Made by a program: the position numbers and the translations under genes. From assembly GCA_965227515.1 (NCBI GenBank), contig CBDDFZ010000001.1:3104001-3168000 (forward strand): 64,000 bases of DNA, read 5' to 3'. Source of the DNA: Alphaproteobacteria bacterium (lineage in GTDB: Bacteria; Pseudomonadota; Alphaproteobacteria; CALKHQ01). Below the pieces are notes generated by a model. It was not told where the DNA came from. It made no database searches and saw only the letters and a list, made by a program, of their open reading frames with translations. The first letter of the stretch is position 1; the number at the start of each line of letters is the position of its first letter. Shown here in pieces: positions 11,195-20,004 of the stretch.

Positions 11195-11698
11195 CTAGAG
11201 TTTGGCGTCGATGAGTATGAGCAGGGCCTTGATACGGCCGAATTCGCCGTTCAGGTCGGCCCGCGCTTGCATCACAAACGACAGATCGATCTCGGCGGCC
11301 ACATCGTCAGGCAGGTCTATATAGGCGCCGGCGACGCGCACGTCATTCACAAGATCCTGCCACCCATCGCCGCACGCCTGGGCACGCGCCATCGCCGCGC
11401 GGATGCGGTCCGCCTTGTCGTCTGGCGTGGTGCCGCGCGGCATGTCGTCGTGATAGCCATCCAGCATGTCGTAGAACGGCGAGATCACCGCATCGGCGTC
11501 GCTCAGCACTTGGGCCAGATTGACCAGCACGTCCTCGGCTGGCGTCTCGTCGCCGAGCAGGCCGTCAACCTCATCGACATAGGCGCAATAGGCCTCGACG
11601 TTCTTTTCGAAGGCTTCGACCGTTGGCAGGCTTTGCGCCACGGCGAGCGGCGCCGTTGCCAACAGTGTCGTGCAAACCATTGCCGTGAAACGAAACAT
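11195..11698 (-). CDS. Secreted acidic hypothetical protein
   Basis: GGAGG upstream of ATG 11698, signal peptide MFRFTAMV...AVA-Q. Confidence 0.65.
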   Translation of the reverse strand: MFRFTAMVCTTLLATAPLAVAQSLPTVEAFEKNVEAYCAYVDEVDGLLGDETPAEDVLVNLAQVLSDADAVISPFYDMLDGYHDDMPRGTTPDDKADRIRAAMARAQACGDGWQDLVNDVRVAGAYIDLPDDVAAEIDLSFVMQARADLNGEFGRIKALLILIDAKL

Positions 11699-11773
11699 TG
11701 TGCAGCCTCCGGGTCGGCGGTGGTGCAGGCGAGACTCGTCCATTCGTTCGCCCGACGCAACATGTCCGTCCAT

Positions 11774-11801
11774 ATTTTCCATAATATAAATTATGCGATC
11801 T
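11774..11801 (-). other. dif: dif site (XerC arm AGATCGCATAA, core TTTATA, XerD arm TTATGGAAAAT); attL of the integrated element
   Basis: 11-6-11 architecture with CGCATAA/TTATG inner arms; KOPS polarity switches here. Confidence 0.88.
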
Positions 11802-11908
11802 TCGCGCATACGTTTGTTCTCGTTGGCGCGACCCTCGCATAGATCGATGTTCCGGTGCTTCGGGTGGCAATCGCCTAGCTGAAACCGGGACACCAGGGGC
11901 GCGCGGCC

Positions 11909-12535
11909 ATGCGTAGCCCCTTCTACACCCCCGATGATTCATTCGAGGTCGATGTTGAGCCGGATGGCGATTGCGCCCGGCTGATCATCCGCGCAAAGGC
12001 CAGCAGGCTAGAGATCGCGCTCCGCGTGGAATGGCCGGTTTTCGAGGGCGTCCTCGCGAAGTCGCTCCGCTTCATCGATCCGGTTCGGCGTGTCGAAATC
12101 GAGCGCCAGGCGGAAGCCGAACGGCGACTGGCCGAACGCGAAGCACTGTTGGCCGAGCTTCGCGTGGAAGGCCGGAAGTATCTGTTCGAACTGAACGGCC
12201 TTCGCAATTCAGGTGTCAGCGCTTCCGACAGTTGGGATGAAGTTGCCGACCGCCACGGCGTCAATGTGGACCGGGTGCAGGTGGCCGTCAGGCTGCACCA
12301 ACGGGCAATGCGCCTCGCCCGAGACACCCAGATCGTTGAGCTGGTCAACAAGGGGCTGTCCAACGCCGCAGTAGCCAGAGAAGCCGGCGTAACGCCCGCC
12401 ATCGTCTCAGGCGTGCTGCGAAAGGCCCGATCAGATGGCCGCGTTATCGGCACTCGCGTTGTCCCTCCCCCAGCCGAGCCAGATACCGAAGCCGATGACG
12501 ACGTAGCCGCCGCCGTGGGAGGTCGCGATGTTTGA
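11909..12535 (+). CDS. Element protein with C-terminal HTH (paralog of 20875-21447)
   Basis: RDTQIVELVNKGLSNAAVAREAGVTPAIVSGVL HTH; overlaps rep start. Confidence 0.75.
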   Translation: MRSPFYTPDDSFEVDVEPDGDCARLIIRAKASRLEIALRVEWPVFEGVLAKSLRFIDPVRRVEIERQAEAERRLAEREALLAELRVEGRKYLFELNGLRNSGVSASDSWDEVADRHGVNVDRVQVAVRLHQRAMRLARDTQIVELVNKGLSNAAVAREAGVTPAIVSGVLRKARSDGRVIGTRVVPPPAEPDTEADDDVAAAVGGRDV

Positions 12536-14096
12536 CCCCCGCACATCGACGTCGCTCACACAACGCCAGCAAAGCCACGAGACGTTGGAAGCCGGGTCAA
12601 GGGCCGGCTCGGGAGACCGCGCGATAGCGCGGCGGACGGCCCTTGAGGCGGCTGGAAACGGCAAGCCTCTACGGGCGGGTGCGGTGAACGCGGCCGGCGC
12701 ACAGCGCCGGTCCAAGTCCGCCGCACCCCTGCCCGCCGGCGAGGCACGGGGGCGCGGGGGCAAGGCCCCCGCACAGGGCGGCGACAGCCGGCCATCCCTT
12801 GATAGACTCGCAAGTTATCCTTCACCCTCGATAGTCGGCCAACCGGCACACTATGGTGCAGCATCTACCCGGCCGCCCCATCGCGATGACGACAGCCTGC
12901 ATGGCAAGGTTGCCCGCCACCGGCAACGTCGAGCGGCGGCACGCGCCCTGCCCTCTGAGCGGGTTTGCACATGCGGCCAGAACGCAATCGGTCGGTCGGT
13001 CCTGCTGCACAAGCGTGACGGCCAGGCGCATTACTCCGGCGTCGAGACATGCGGATCGGTTTGGCACTGTCCGGTGTGCGCAGCGAAGATCACTGAGGCG
13101 CGGAAGGCCGAAGTCGAGGCCGTGTTGCGTGCGCACCTGGCGGCCGGCGGCCTGGCGCGGATGGCGACGCTGACCATCCCTCACCGTCCGTTCCAGCGCT
13201 GCAAGGATCTGCGCCAGGCCGTGACCAAGGCATGGGGCTGCGTGAAGGCAGGCCAGACATGGCGACGAAACCGGGACCATGTCGGGTGGCTTGGCGATGT
13301 CCGTGCACTGGAGATCACGCACGGCTCCAATGGCTGGCACCCTCACTTGCACGTCCTGATCCTGATTGAACCAGGCGCGACGGATGAGGTGATCGCGGAG
13401 TTCGGTGAATGGCTGTTCGACCGATGGGCGAAGGCCATTTGGAAGCTGGGTTTCGGCGATTGCGCGCGATCTGCATTCACGTTCGAGCCGGTCAGCGACG
13501 AAGGCGCGGCCGAGTACGTTGGCAAGTGGGGCGCGGCCCTTGAACTGACCAAGGGCCACATCAAGCAAGGCCGCGGCGGCCGCACGCCTTGGCAGATATT
13601 GGCCGACCTTGCCGCTTTCAATCGGTACGAGGATCGGCGGCTGTTCCGCGAATACGGGCGATCATTCAAGGGCGCGCGCCAGCTTGTTTGGAGCCAGGCG
13701 TTCAAGCGCCTGGACGGTCGCTCCGAGCCGAGCATACGCGGTCGGTATCTCGCGGACCCCGAACTCGACGACGACGAGCTGGCGGTTGACGATGCGTCGC
13801 CCGACACAGTCGTGGCGATCATCGATCGAGATGTTTTCGAGGAAGTCGCATCCTCCGGCCGGACGGCCGAGCTGTTGTGCGCGCTCGAAAATCACGGGCT
13901 TGCAGGTGTCCTAGACCTGCTCTCCGAACTCGGCGTGGCCTACGACGTTGGCCAGGGCCCGAGTGAGACACGTGGCCAATTCGTGCCGTGGATCACGTGC
14001 AACAGACCACCGGGACCGGACCGACCGCCGAGCTGGCGGCGCCCTCCCCCTTTCCATCAATCACAGGAGACTGGCTATGAATACAAACACCATTGA
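12528..14096 (+). CDS. Rolling-circle replication initiator (HUH, Rep_1/pC194-pIJ101-like)
   Basis: CGSVWHCPVC, motif I ATLTIPH, motif II GWHPHLHVL, motif III AEYVGK; GGAGG upstream. Confidence 0.88.
   Translation: MFDPRTSTSLTQRQQSHETLEAGSRAGSGDRAIARRTALEAAGNGKPLRAGAVNAAGAQRRSKSAAPLPAGEARGRGGKAPAQGGDSRPSLDRLASYPSPSIVGQPAHYGAASTRPPHRDDDSLHGKVARHRQRRAAARALPSERVCTCGQNAIGRSVLLHKRDGQAHYSGVETCGSVWHCPVCAAKITEARKAEVEAVLRAHLAAGGLARMATLTIPHRPFQRCKDLRQAVTKAWGCVKAGQTWRRNRDHVGWLGDVRALEITHGSNGWHPHLHVLILIEPGATDEVIAEFGEWLFDRWAKAIWKLGFGDCARSAFTFEPVSDEGAAEYVGKWGAALELTKGHIKQGRGGRTPWQILADLAAFNRYEDRRLFREYGRSFKGARQLVWSQAFKRLDGRSEPSIRGRYLADPELDDDELAVDDASPDTVVAIIDRDVFEEVASSGRTAELLCALENHGLAGVLDLLSELGVAYDVGQGPSETRGQFVPWITCNRPPGPDRPPSWRRPPPFHQSQETGYEYKHH
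12754..12804 (+). other. Putative double-strand origin (dso)
   Basis: Hairpin GCGGGGGC-AAG-GCCCCCGC followed by CTTGATA (12798-12804), the pC194/phiX174-type nick motif. Confidence 0.55.
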
Positions 14097-14856
14097 TCTC
14101 GAGGGGCTGCCGGCGCGCATGCGGAAGGCCCGCGATGAGGCAGGGCTGACTCGTGAGCGGATGGCCAAGCTCACTGGCATTCCTGCGAAGTCGATTGAAC
14201 GCTATGAGGCTGGTCTGGCCGAACCTCCTGCGAGCCGCCTCAAAGCGTTCTGCGACGCCTGTGATGCGGACCAATTCGAAGTGATGACGGGAGAGCAGCG
14301 GATGCTTCGGGACGATACTGTTGCCAGTTCTGGTGACTACACAGGCAACCCTCCGAGGAACGTCCCGCAGACCATCTCTGAGGCGAATTCGCCCGTATAC
14401 GGGATTAAGGCGCTGCTCAGCGACCTGGATGGCCTGCGCCAATCAAAGTTCATGGATGCTAGCCGTCGCGGCGCCGCCTTGGTTGACGAGTTGCATTTAC
14501 TCATGAACAGGCTGGAGGCAGGAGAATTGATGGCACTCGCCAATGAGCGCGGGATCGATCCTGCGAAGTGTCATGACGAGGACCAACTGTCGTCACTGTT
14601 TCAGGCTGATTTTGACCGAGCGCAACACCAGTGCGCTTCGATCCAGGATCGCATCATTGATACAGCGGTACTCGGAATCGACCTATTCGACTTGCAGGAC
14701 GACGAACTTCGCGATGTCGTGGCAGAAATGGCATCGACCGGTTTGATGGATTTTTGGAGTCGATGGGACTTGTCTGATAGCCGAGTTCATAGAATTGCTC
14801 AGCTCCGCGATCCGTTGAGACGGGCTGCCTATTCGGGTCGAGGACTAGAGCTCTGA
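14077..14856 (+). CDS. XRE-family HTH protein with unknown C-terminal domain
   Basis: RMRKARDEAGLTRERMAKLTGIPAKSIERYEAG; AGGAG upstream. Confidence 0.8.
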   Translation: MNTNTIDLEGLPARMRKARDEAGLTRERMAKLTGIPAKSIERYEAGLAEPPASRLKAFCDACDADQFEVMTGEQRMLRDDTVASSGDYTGNPPRNVPQTISEANSPVYGIKALLSDLDGLRQSKFMDASRRGAALVDELHLLMNRLEAGELMALANERGIDPAKCHDEDQLSSLFQADFDRAQHQCASIQDRIIDTAVLGIDLFDLQDDELRDVVAEMASTGLMDFWSRWDLSDSRVHRIAQLRDPLRRAAYSGRGLEL

Positions 14857-14997
14857 TTTTCACTTGGTTGCCCCAGCCAGGAAGGCCAATGTTGTCAAGA
14901 ACAATCGAGCGATGCCAGGCTATCCGACGCAACAGCAATACCGATGTTCTGAGAATATCACCTAGTTTCATTCGTCTTGCGCTATAGGAGCCAAAAA

Positions 14998-16768
14998 ATG
15001 GTGAAGTCGCTCAACTTGCTGCGAAATGTTGGCAAATTCGACAATGTGACGTCGGGGGCAAGCCTCCCATTTGGCCGCTTGACCGTTGTGTATGCGGAGA
15101 ATGCAAGGGGCAAGACCACTCTGGCTGCGATTCTGCGGTCACTGGCTTCGGGTCACCCTGAGCCTGTTACTGAGCGAACCCGGTTGGGGCAGCCTGATCT
15201 GCCTCACATTGTGGTGGATACCGGCACTGCACCACCTGCCGTCTTTCAGAATGGCAGTTGGAGCCGGACAGCCTCTGAGATTGTCATTTTTGATGACATC
15301 TTCGTCTCGGAGAATGTGCACTCAGGCATACAGGTTGGCGCGGCACAACGGCAGAACCTGCATGAATTGATCGTCGGTGCGCCAGGCATTGCCTTGGCTC
15401 GTGCTGTGCAGGTGGAAGTGGAAAAGGTGGAAGTCCACAACCGGACGCTTCGGCAACGCGAAGCCGCCATTCCCGAGCGAATTCGCGGTGAGCTTTCCGT
15501 TGACGCATTCTGTGCACTTGAAGCCGTCCCAGACATAGATGAACGCATTCAAATAGCCGAGCGCCGGCTAGCCGCCGCCCGGGATGCTAGCAATGTGGCA
15601 GAGATGGGTATCTTTGTGGATGTGAAGCTTCCCAAGATCGATGCTGATGCGCTGCAATCCCTGCTCACGACATCCCTCTCGGAGCTCGAAACTTACGCAT
15701 TAGACCGCGTCCGAGAGCACTTCGAACGTATGGGTTCGAATGCCGAAAATTGGGTGGGCCAAGGCATGGCTCATGCAGATGCGCTGATGGAGCATGGAAA
15801 TTCCGAATGCCCCTTTTGCGCTCAGCCACTGGCGGACTCGCCACTGTTTGCCCACTATCGCGCGTTTTTCGGAGAGGAATACAGAGCTCTGACAGACAGG
15901 ATCGCGACGGCGATTGCAGATTTCCGATCCACCCAAGCTGGTGACGTGCCCGCCGCATTCGAGCGAGGTATCCGCGAAGCGGTTGAGAAACAATCGTTCT
16001 GGAAGGATTTTGCTGAAGTTCCCTCTTTCGAAGTCCCGACGGAGTCGATCGCATTGGTCTGGAAGTCCGCACGTCAAGAGGTTCGGAAATTGTTGGATGC
16101 CAAACGGGCGTCTCCTCTGGAGCCGGTTCATCTTCCCGAAAGCGCAATTCATGCAATCTATGAACACAACCAGAATTGTGATCGAGTCAGCGAATTCTCT
16201 GAAACTCTGACGGACCTAAATTCAACGTTGGAAGTAGTGAAGGAAGACGCCCGTGAGGCAAATATTGCCTCTTTGGTTCGCGATTTAAGTCTGTTGAAAG
16301 TGGCAAAGGTTCGACACGAGTCTGACGTTGATAAATTGTGCAAAGAATATCTTTCCGAGAGGAAAAATAAAGAGACGACAGAGCAACGACGAGAAGCTGC
16401 CAGAGATAAGTTAAACTTGCATCGTCAGGCGGCTTTCCCCGCTTATGGTATTGCGATTAATGATTTTCTTGGCCGGTTCAATGCTAGCTTCCGGCTGGGG
16501 CCAGTTGATGCGGTTAATACTCGAGGGGGATCAGCTGCCAATTATGAACTTCTAATTGATGGGAATGCCGTTCCGTTAACCGGCAAACCCGGGCAACCAA
16601 GTTTTGGTAATACCCTAAGTGCCGGTGATCGAAGTACGTTAGCGCTCGCATTCTTCTTTGCTAGTTTAGAAAGTGACCCTGATCTTTCTAAGAAGGTTAT
16701 TGTCATTGATGACCCAATGACTAGTTTGGACGAACACCGTGTCCTTCACACGCTGCAGGAGATAGATC
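14998..16768 (+). pseudogene. RloC-like (AAA_13) ABC-ATPase, N-terminal part, interrupted by IS
   Basis: Walker A AENARGKTT, zinc hook CPFC, signature LSAGD, Walker B IDDPMTSLD; as interrupted, the frame stops at 16785 inside the TIR. Confidence 0.8.
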
Positions 16769-16829
16769 GGGCATTATATACTTGACTGAACACGACTGAC
16801 TCCCCATCTATGGCTGTAGGAGAACAGCC

Positions 16830-17741
16830 ATGCAACTCACCGATCCCATATTCACCGACGAAGACAAGGCCCGCGCGTACCTTGAGGCGACCCGCTGGCC
16901 CGACCATGTGCATTGCCCGTTCTGCGGCGAGCACGAGACGGTCAAGGCGCTGCCGCCCAAGGGTTCAATGGGCAAGGGCTGGTATCACTGCCGCGCCTGC
17001 CGCAAGAAGTTCACCGTTCGCGTCGGCACCCTGTACGAGCGCTCGCATGTGCCGCTGAACAAGTGGCTGCTGGCGACCTATCTGCTGTGCTCCAGCAAGA
17101 AGGGCATCAGCGCGCACCAGCTTCACCGTACCTTGGGCGTCACCTACAAGACCGCCTGGTTCATGGCGCACCGCATCCGCGAGGGCATGCGCGAGTTCAA
17201 GCCCGGTCCGCTCGGTGGCCAGAACAAGACCGTTGAGGTTGACGAGACCTACGTCGGCGGCAAGGCGAAGAACGCAAAGCGCGGCGCGCCAGTGCCGAAG
17301 AAGGAAGCCGTTGTCTCCCTGCTAGAGCGTGACGGTAAGGTGCGCTCCTACCACCTGCCGGAAGTCAACCGCGCCAATCTGCGCCCGATGATGACCGCTC
17401 AGATTGACCGCAAGTCGTACCTCATGACCGACGACGCGAAGGTCTACAAGTCCATCGGCCGCGAGTATGCCGGGCACGGCTCGGTCAACCACAGCGCCGA
17501 AGAGTACGTGCGCGGCACCTACTGGCACACGAACACCATCGAGGGCTATTTCAGCATCCTCAAGCGCGGCATCACGGGCGTCTATCAGCACGTCAGCCAA
17601 GAGCACCTGAAGCGCTACCTTGGCGAGTTCGACTTCCGCTATAACGAGCGCCACGTTACCGATGGCGAGCGCACCGAAGCCGCCCTCAAAGGCATCGAAG
17701 GCAAGCGCCTAACTTATCGACGGCCTGACGCAAGGGCGTGA
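16830..17741 (+). CDS. IS1595 family transposase
   Basis: CPFC..CRAC zinc ribbon, VEVDETYVGG, LMTDD, HTNTIEGYFSILKR, YL.EFDFRYN. Confidence 0.95.
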   Translation: MQLTDPIFTDEDKARAYLEATRWPDHVHCPFCGEHETVKALPPKGSMGKGWYHCRACRKKFTVRVGTLYERSHVPLNKWLLATYLLCSSKKGISAHQLHRTLGVTYKTAWFMAHRIREGMREFKPGPLGGQNKTVEVDETYVGGKAKNAKRGAPVPKKEAVVSLLERDGKVRSYHLPEVNRANLRPMMTAQIDRKSYLMTDDAKVYKSIGREYAGHGSVNHSAEEYVRGTYWHTNTIEGYFSILKRGITGVYQHVSQEHLKRYLGEFDFRYNERHVTDGERTEAALKGIEGKRLTYRRPDARA

Positions 17742-17876
17742 CGCCACCAAAAGCCTGACATTTCAACAGGTTCTGGCGCGCCTTCTCACCCGGCACATAA
17801 AATAAACTTACTCGCAAACCGTGCAGGTCTAGACTCCCGCACAAGCGTTCCGTAGGCTGTCGAATCGACGGCCAAG

Positions 17877-17963
17877 AAAAAGGGCGAGTGTGCAACCACT
17901 CGCCCCTTGGCCTTCCGCAACGGATCATAGGGCCGTCTGCGGAACGCAGTCCAAATTGGACAC
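17877..17963 (-). ncRNA. Putative ~87-nt antisense sRNA
   Basis: Minus-strand TTGACC-N17-TAGGGT (17998-17970), two hairpins, terminator GGGCGAGTG-GTTGCA-CACTCGCCC-TTTTT. Confidence 0.5.
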
Positions 17964-18038
17964 ACGGAAACCCTAGAGGTTCCGGGACTCTCGGTCAAGA
18001 CGGCTCGCATCCATCCACGTCCCACAGGAGACGAGCCT

Positions 18039-18305
18039 ATGGACTATCAAGTGACCTGCATCCGCCGCGATGGTGCCGATCTGGACCGTCGCATTGATCG
18101 CCTGGGCGGCCCATGGTTCAACCGAACCATCGATGATGTCATCAACGGCATCCAGTACGGCGGAGATCGCTACTGGACATCCGTCAACGGGCTGTCGGTG
18201 TGGGTTGTCGTTGATCAACATCCAACCTCTGGCCGCCTGTATCTGCGGACGGAGCCGGACAGCTACCCGCCGAACAACCTCCTGAGCCTTCCCGAATGCC
18301 CGTAA
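18039..18305 (+). CDS. DUF3892-like protein
   Basis: VTCIRR...YLRTEPD...NNLLSLPECP matches recalled DUF3892 pattern; AGGAG RBS. Confidence 0.75.
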   Translation: MDYQVTCIRRDGADLDRRIDRLGGPWFNRTIDDVINGIQYGGDRYWTSVNGLSVWVVVDQHPTSGRLYLRTEPDSYPPNNLLSLPECP

Positions 18306-18453
18306 CGGTGGCGTAGGGTGATGCATACCCAGCAGGCTCTCGCGCCCATACGAGGGCCTGCTGGGCTGCGTACAATCCCGCGTGCTCGTTTGGATGAGGG
18401 TAAGCGACCAGTCGCGCGTGAATCCGCTCCAACTCCGCTGCGATATGGTCCAT
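18184..18453 (-). CDS. Hypothetical protein overlapping the DUF3892-like gene convergently
   Basis: GAGG RBS; helical N-terminus ELERIHARL...YAAQQALVWA. Confidence 0.5.
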   Translation of the reverse strand: MDHIAAELERIHARLVAYPHPNEHAGLYAAQQALVWAREPAGYASPYATVTGIREGSGGCSAGSCPAPSADTGGQRLDVDQRQPTPTAR

Positions 18454-18459
18454 CGCCCA

Positions 18460-18618
18460 CTACCTCTCAGTCTTGCTTTGCTTCGGTTTGCTTGGCTTCT
18501 TGTCCGTGCGCGGCTTCGGCGGGGTGCTCAAGAAGTGCTGCACCACCCGCTCAAACTTGCCATCTTGGGTCTCGCCTGACCCACGCTCGTCATTGGAGCT
18601 TGTTCCATGCTTTGGCAT
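18460..18618 (-). CDS. Small basic 52-aa protein (not in ORF track)
   Basis: MPKHGTSSNDERGSGETQDGKFERVVQHFLSTPPKPRTDKKPSKPKQSKTER; stop lies 7 nt before the next ATG. Confidence 0.4.
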   Translation of the reverse strand: MPKHGTSSNDERGSGETQDGKFERVVQHFLSTPPKPRTDKKPSKPKQSKTER

Positions 18619-19167
18619 ATGCCCGACCCTGATGATCAACGCATCTTCGAAGAGCTTATCGCCGCCACCGATCGAGCTGCGGCAATCGTGGCCGCCGCAT
18701 TCCTGGATGGATGCTTAACCACCACCATTCGATCATACCTAGTTGACGACGCCAAAGGTAATTTGATCCACAATTTGGTTCGCGAAGGCGGGCCAATTGG
18801 CACGCTCGATACCAAGACCCGGCTAGCGTTTGCCTTGGGTATATTCGGGGCCAGCGGGCTGCACGACTTGAAACTGGTGTGCAAGATCCGGAATCGGTTC
18901 GCCCACCAAACGGGTGTCTACAGCTTTAACATGGACCCGACCAAATCGGATTGCGCCAACCTCAAGGTCATAGACCAGTTTGTTTTCGACGTTCGCGAGA
19001 TGCCGCCAAAGGATGAGCGCCACCCGCTACTCACAATGGGCATCTCGAATCGCGATCAGACTCTCAACAATCCGCGCAGACGATTTATGTCTACGGTTGG
19101 CTTGTTCTCCACAGCCCTATATCACGCCCGCCGCACGTCTATGCCCGAAGCAACTCTGCCATTTTGA
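18607..19167 (+). CDS. MtlR-like (HEPN-fold) protein
   Basis: DRAAAIVAAAFLD, GPIGTL..K..LAFALG, KIRNRFAH (Rx4H). Confidence 0.65.
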   Translation: MLWHMPDPDDQRIFEELIAATDRAAAIVAAAFLDGCLTTTIRSYLVDDAKGNLIHNLVREGGPIGTLDTKTRLAFALGIFGASGLHDLKLVCKIRNRFAHQTGVYSFNMDPTKSDCANLKVIDQFVFDVREMPPKDERHPLLTMGISNRDQTLNNPRRRFMSTVGLFSTALYHARRTSMPEATLPF

Positions 19168-19327
19168 CATAAGACGGCGACGCCTTCGTCATCGCTTCGA
19201 AAATGCGAACAACGCACTTTTCGTCGAATCCATCCCCGCGCCAACCGCCGTCTGGCAACTCGTCGACACCTGCTGCAACCATCTCAGGCGTAACCTGAAT
19301 ACCGGCCTGTCCGGTTTGATCTGGCAT
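19139..19327 (-). CDS. Small hypothetical protein at IS right end
   Basis: IQVTPEMVAAG...VVRIFEAM; starts just inside the right TIR. Confidence 0.45.
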   Translation of the reverse strand: MPDQTGQAGIQVTPEMVAAGVDELPDGGWRGDGFDEKCVVRIFEAMTKASPSYVKMAELLRA

Positions 19328-19359
19328 CTCGATTCCGTTCAGTCAAGTATACAATGCCC

Positions 19360-19891
19360 GATAGATCGGCTGGCCAACAAGGTTGCCGGTGTAGTGATAC
19401 TATCGCACTCGAAACCGTTTCTGCTTGGCGTTTGGGACAAATGCCGACAACTAGAGCGGGCGGCTCTAGAAATTAGGCGTCATACTAATGGCTCCACATT
19501 GGAGTCTTGGAACGTAACAGACGCTATGGTGACGGAACATGATCGGCGCTACGCGGACGTGACGTCATATTTGGTACAGGCCGATCCAGCCCTTGAGCGG
19601 AGAGTAGCGGAGTCACTGCGGCCAATGCTCGAGGCCTTCTGCCGAGTTGCCTATCCCACACACTTTACGCCTGGAACGATGTTGGGACAATTTCAAGCCA
19701 CTTGTCACAGGCTGTGCGGCACCCAAGACGAAGTGATGAGCGCCGCAGACGCTCAGGAGCTCCGACTGATCTTGGACTACGCCAACCGCTTTCACCATGA
19801 CTCAAACGCAGCTTACGCAACTGAGTTGATCAACGATGCGACATTGTCTGATTTCGCGAGTCGGACATGCAATTTTATCAGCCGGCGCTGA
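19360..19891 (+). pseudogene. C-terminal part of the RloC-like gene (H-loop plus HEPN-like domain)
   Basis: Continues the frame after the TSD: IDRLANKVAGVVILSH...LRPMLEAF...YANRFHH. Confidence 0.8.
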
Positions 19892-20004
19892 GTGATTTCG
19901 CGGGCCAGTGCTTCCGCCCGCCATATCTGACGAAATTTCTGATTGACCGATTCCCATTGATTCAAAGAGTATGGCTCAAGAGTTTTTGAGCCGAATGTGA
20001 GTCG

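Larger units (their letters stand above)
16769..19359 (+). mobile_element. IS1595-family transporter IS with passenger genes
   Basis: TIRs GGGCATT(A/G)TATACTTGACTGAAC at 16769-16791 and 19337-19359; 8-bp TSD GATAGATC at 16761-16768 and 19360-19367. Confidence 0.92.

Noticed and set aside
11195-11893. 232-aa version of the ORF spanning dif
   Set aside because: The extension crosses the att junction; RBS and signal peptide support ATG 11698
18980-19359. 5' part of the 303-aa ORF 18980-19891
   Set aside because: Fortuitous open frame through IS DNA; only the part after the TSD belongs to the RloC-like gene
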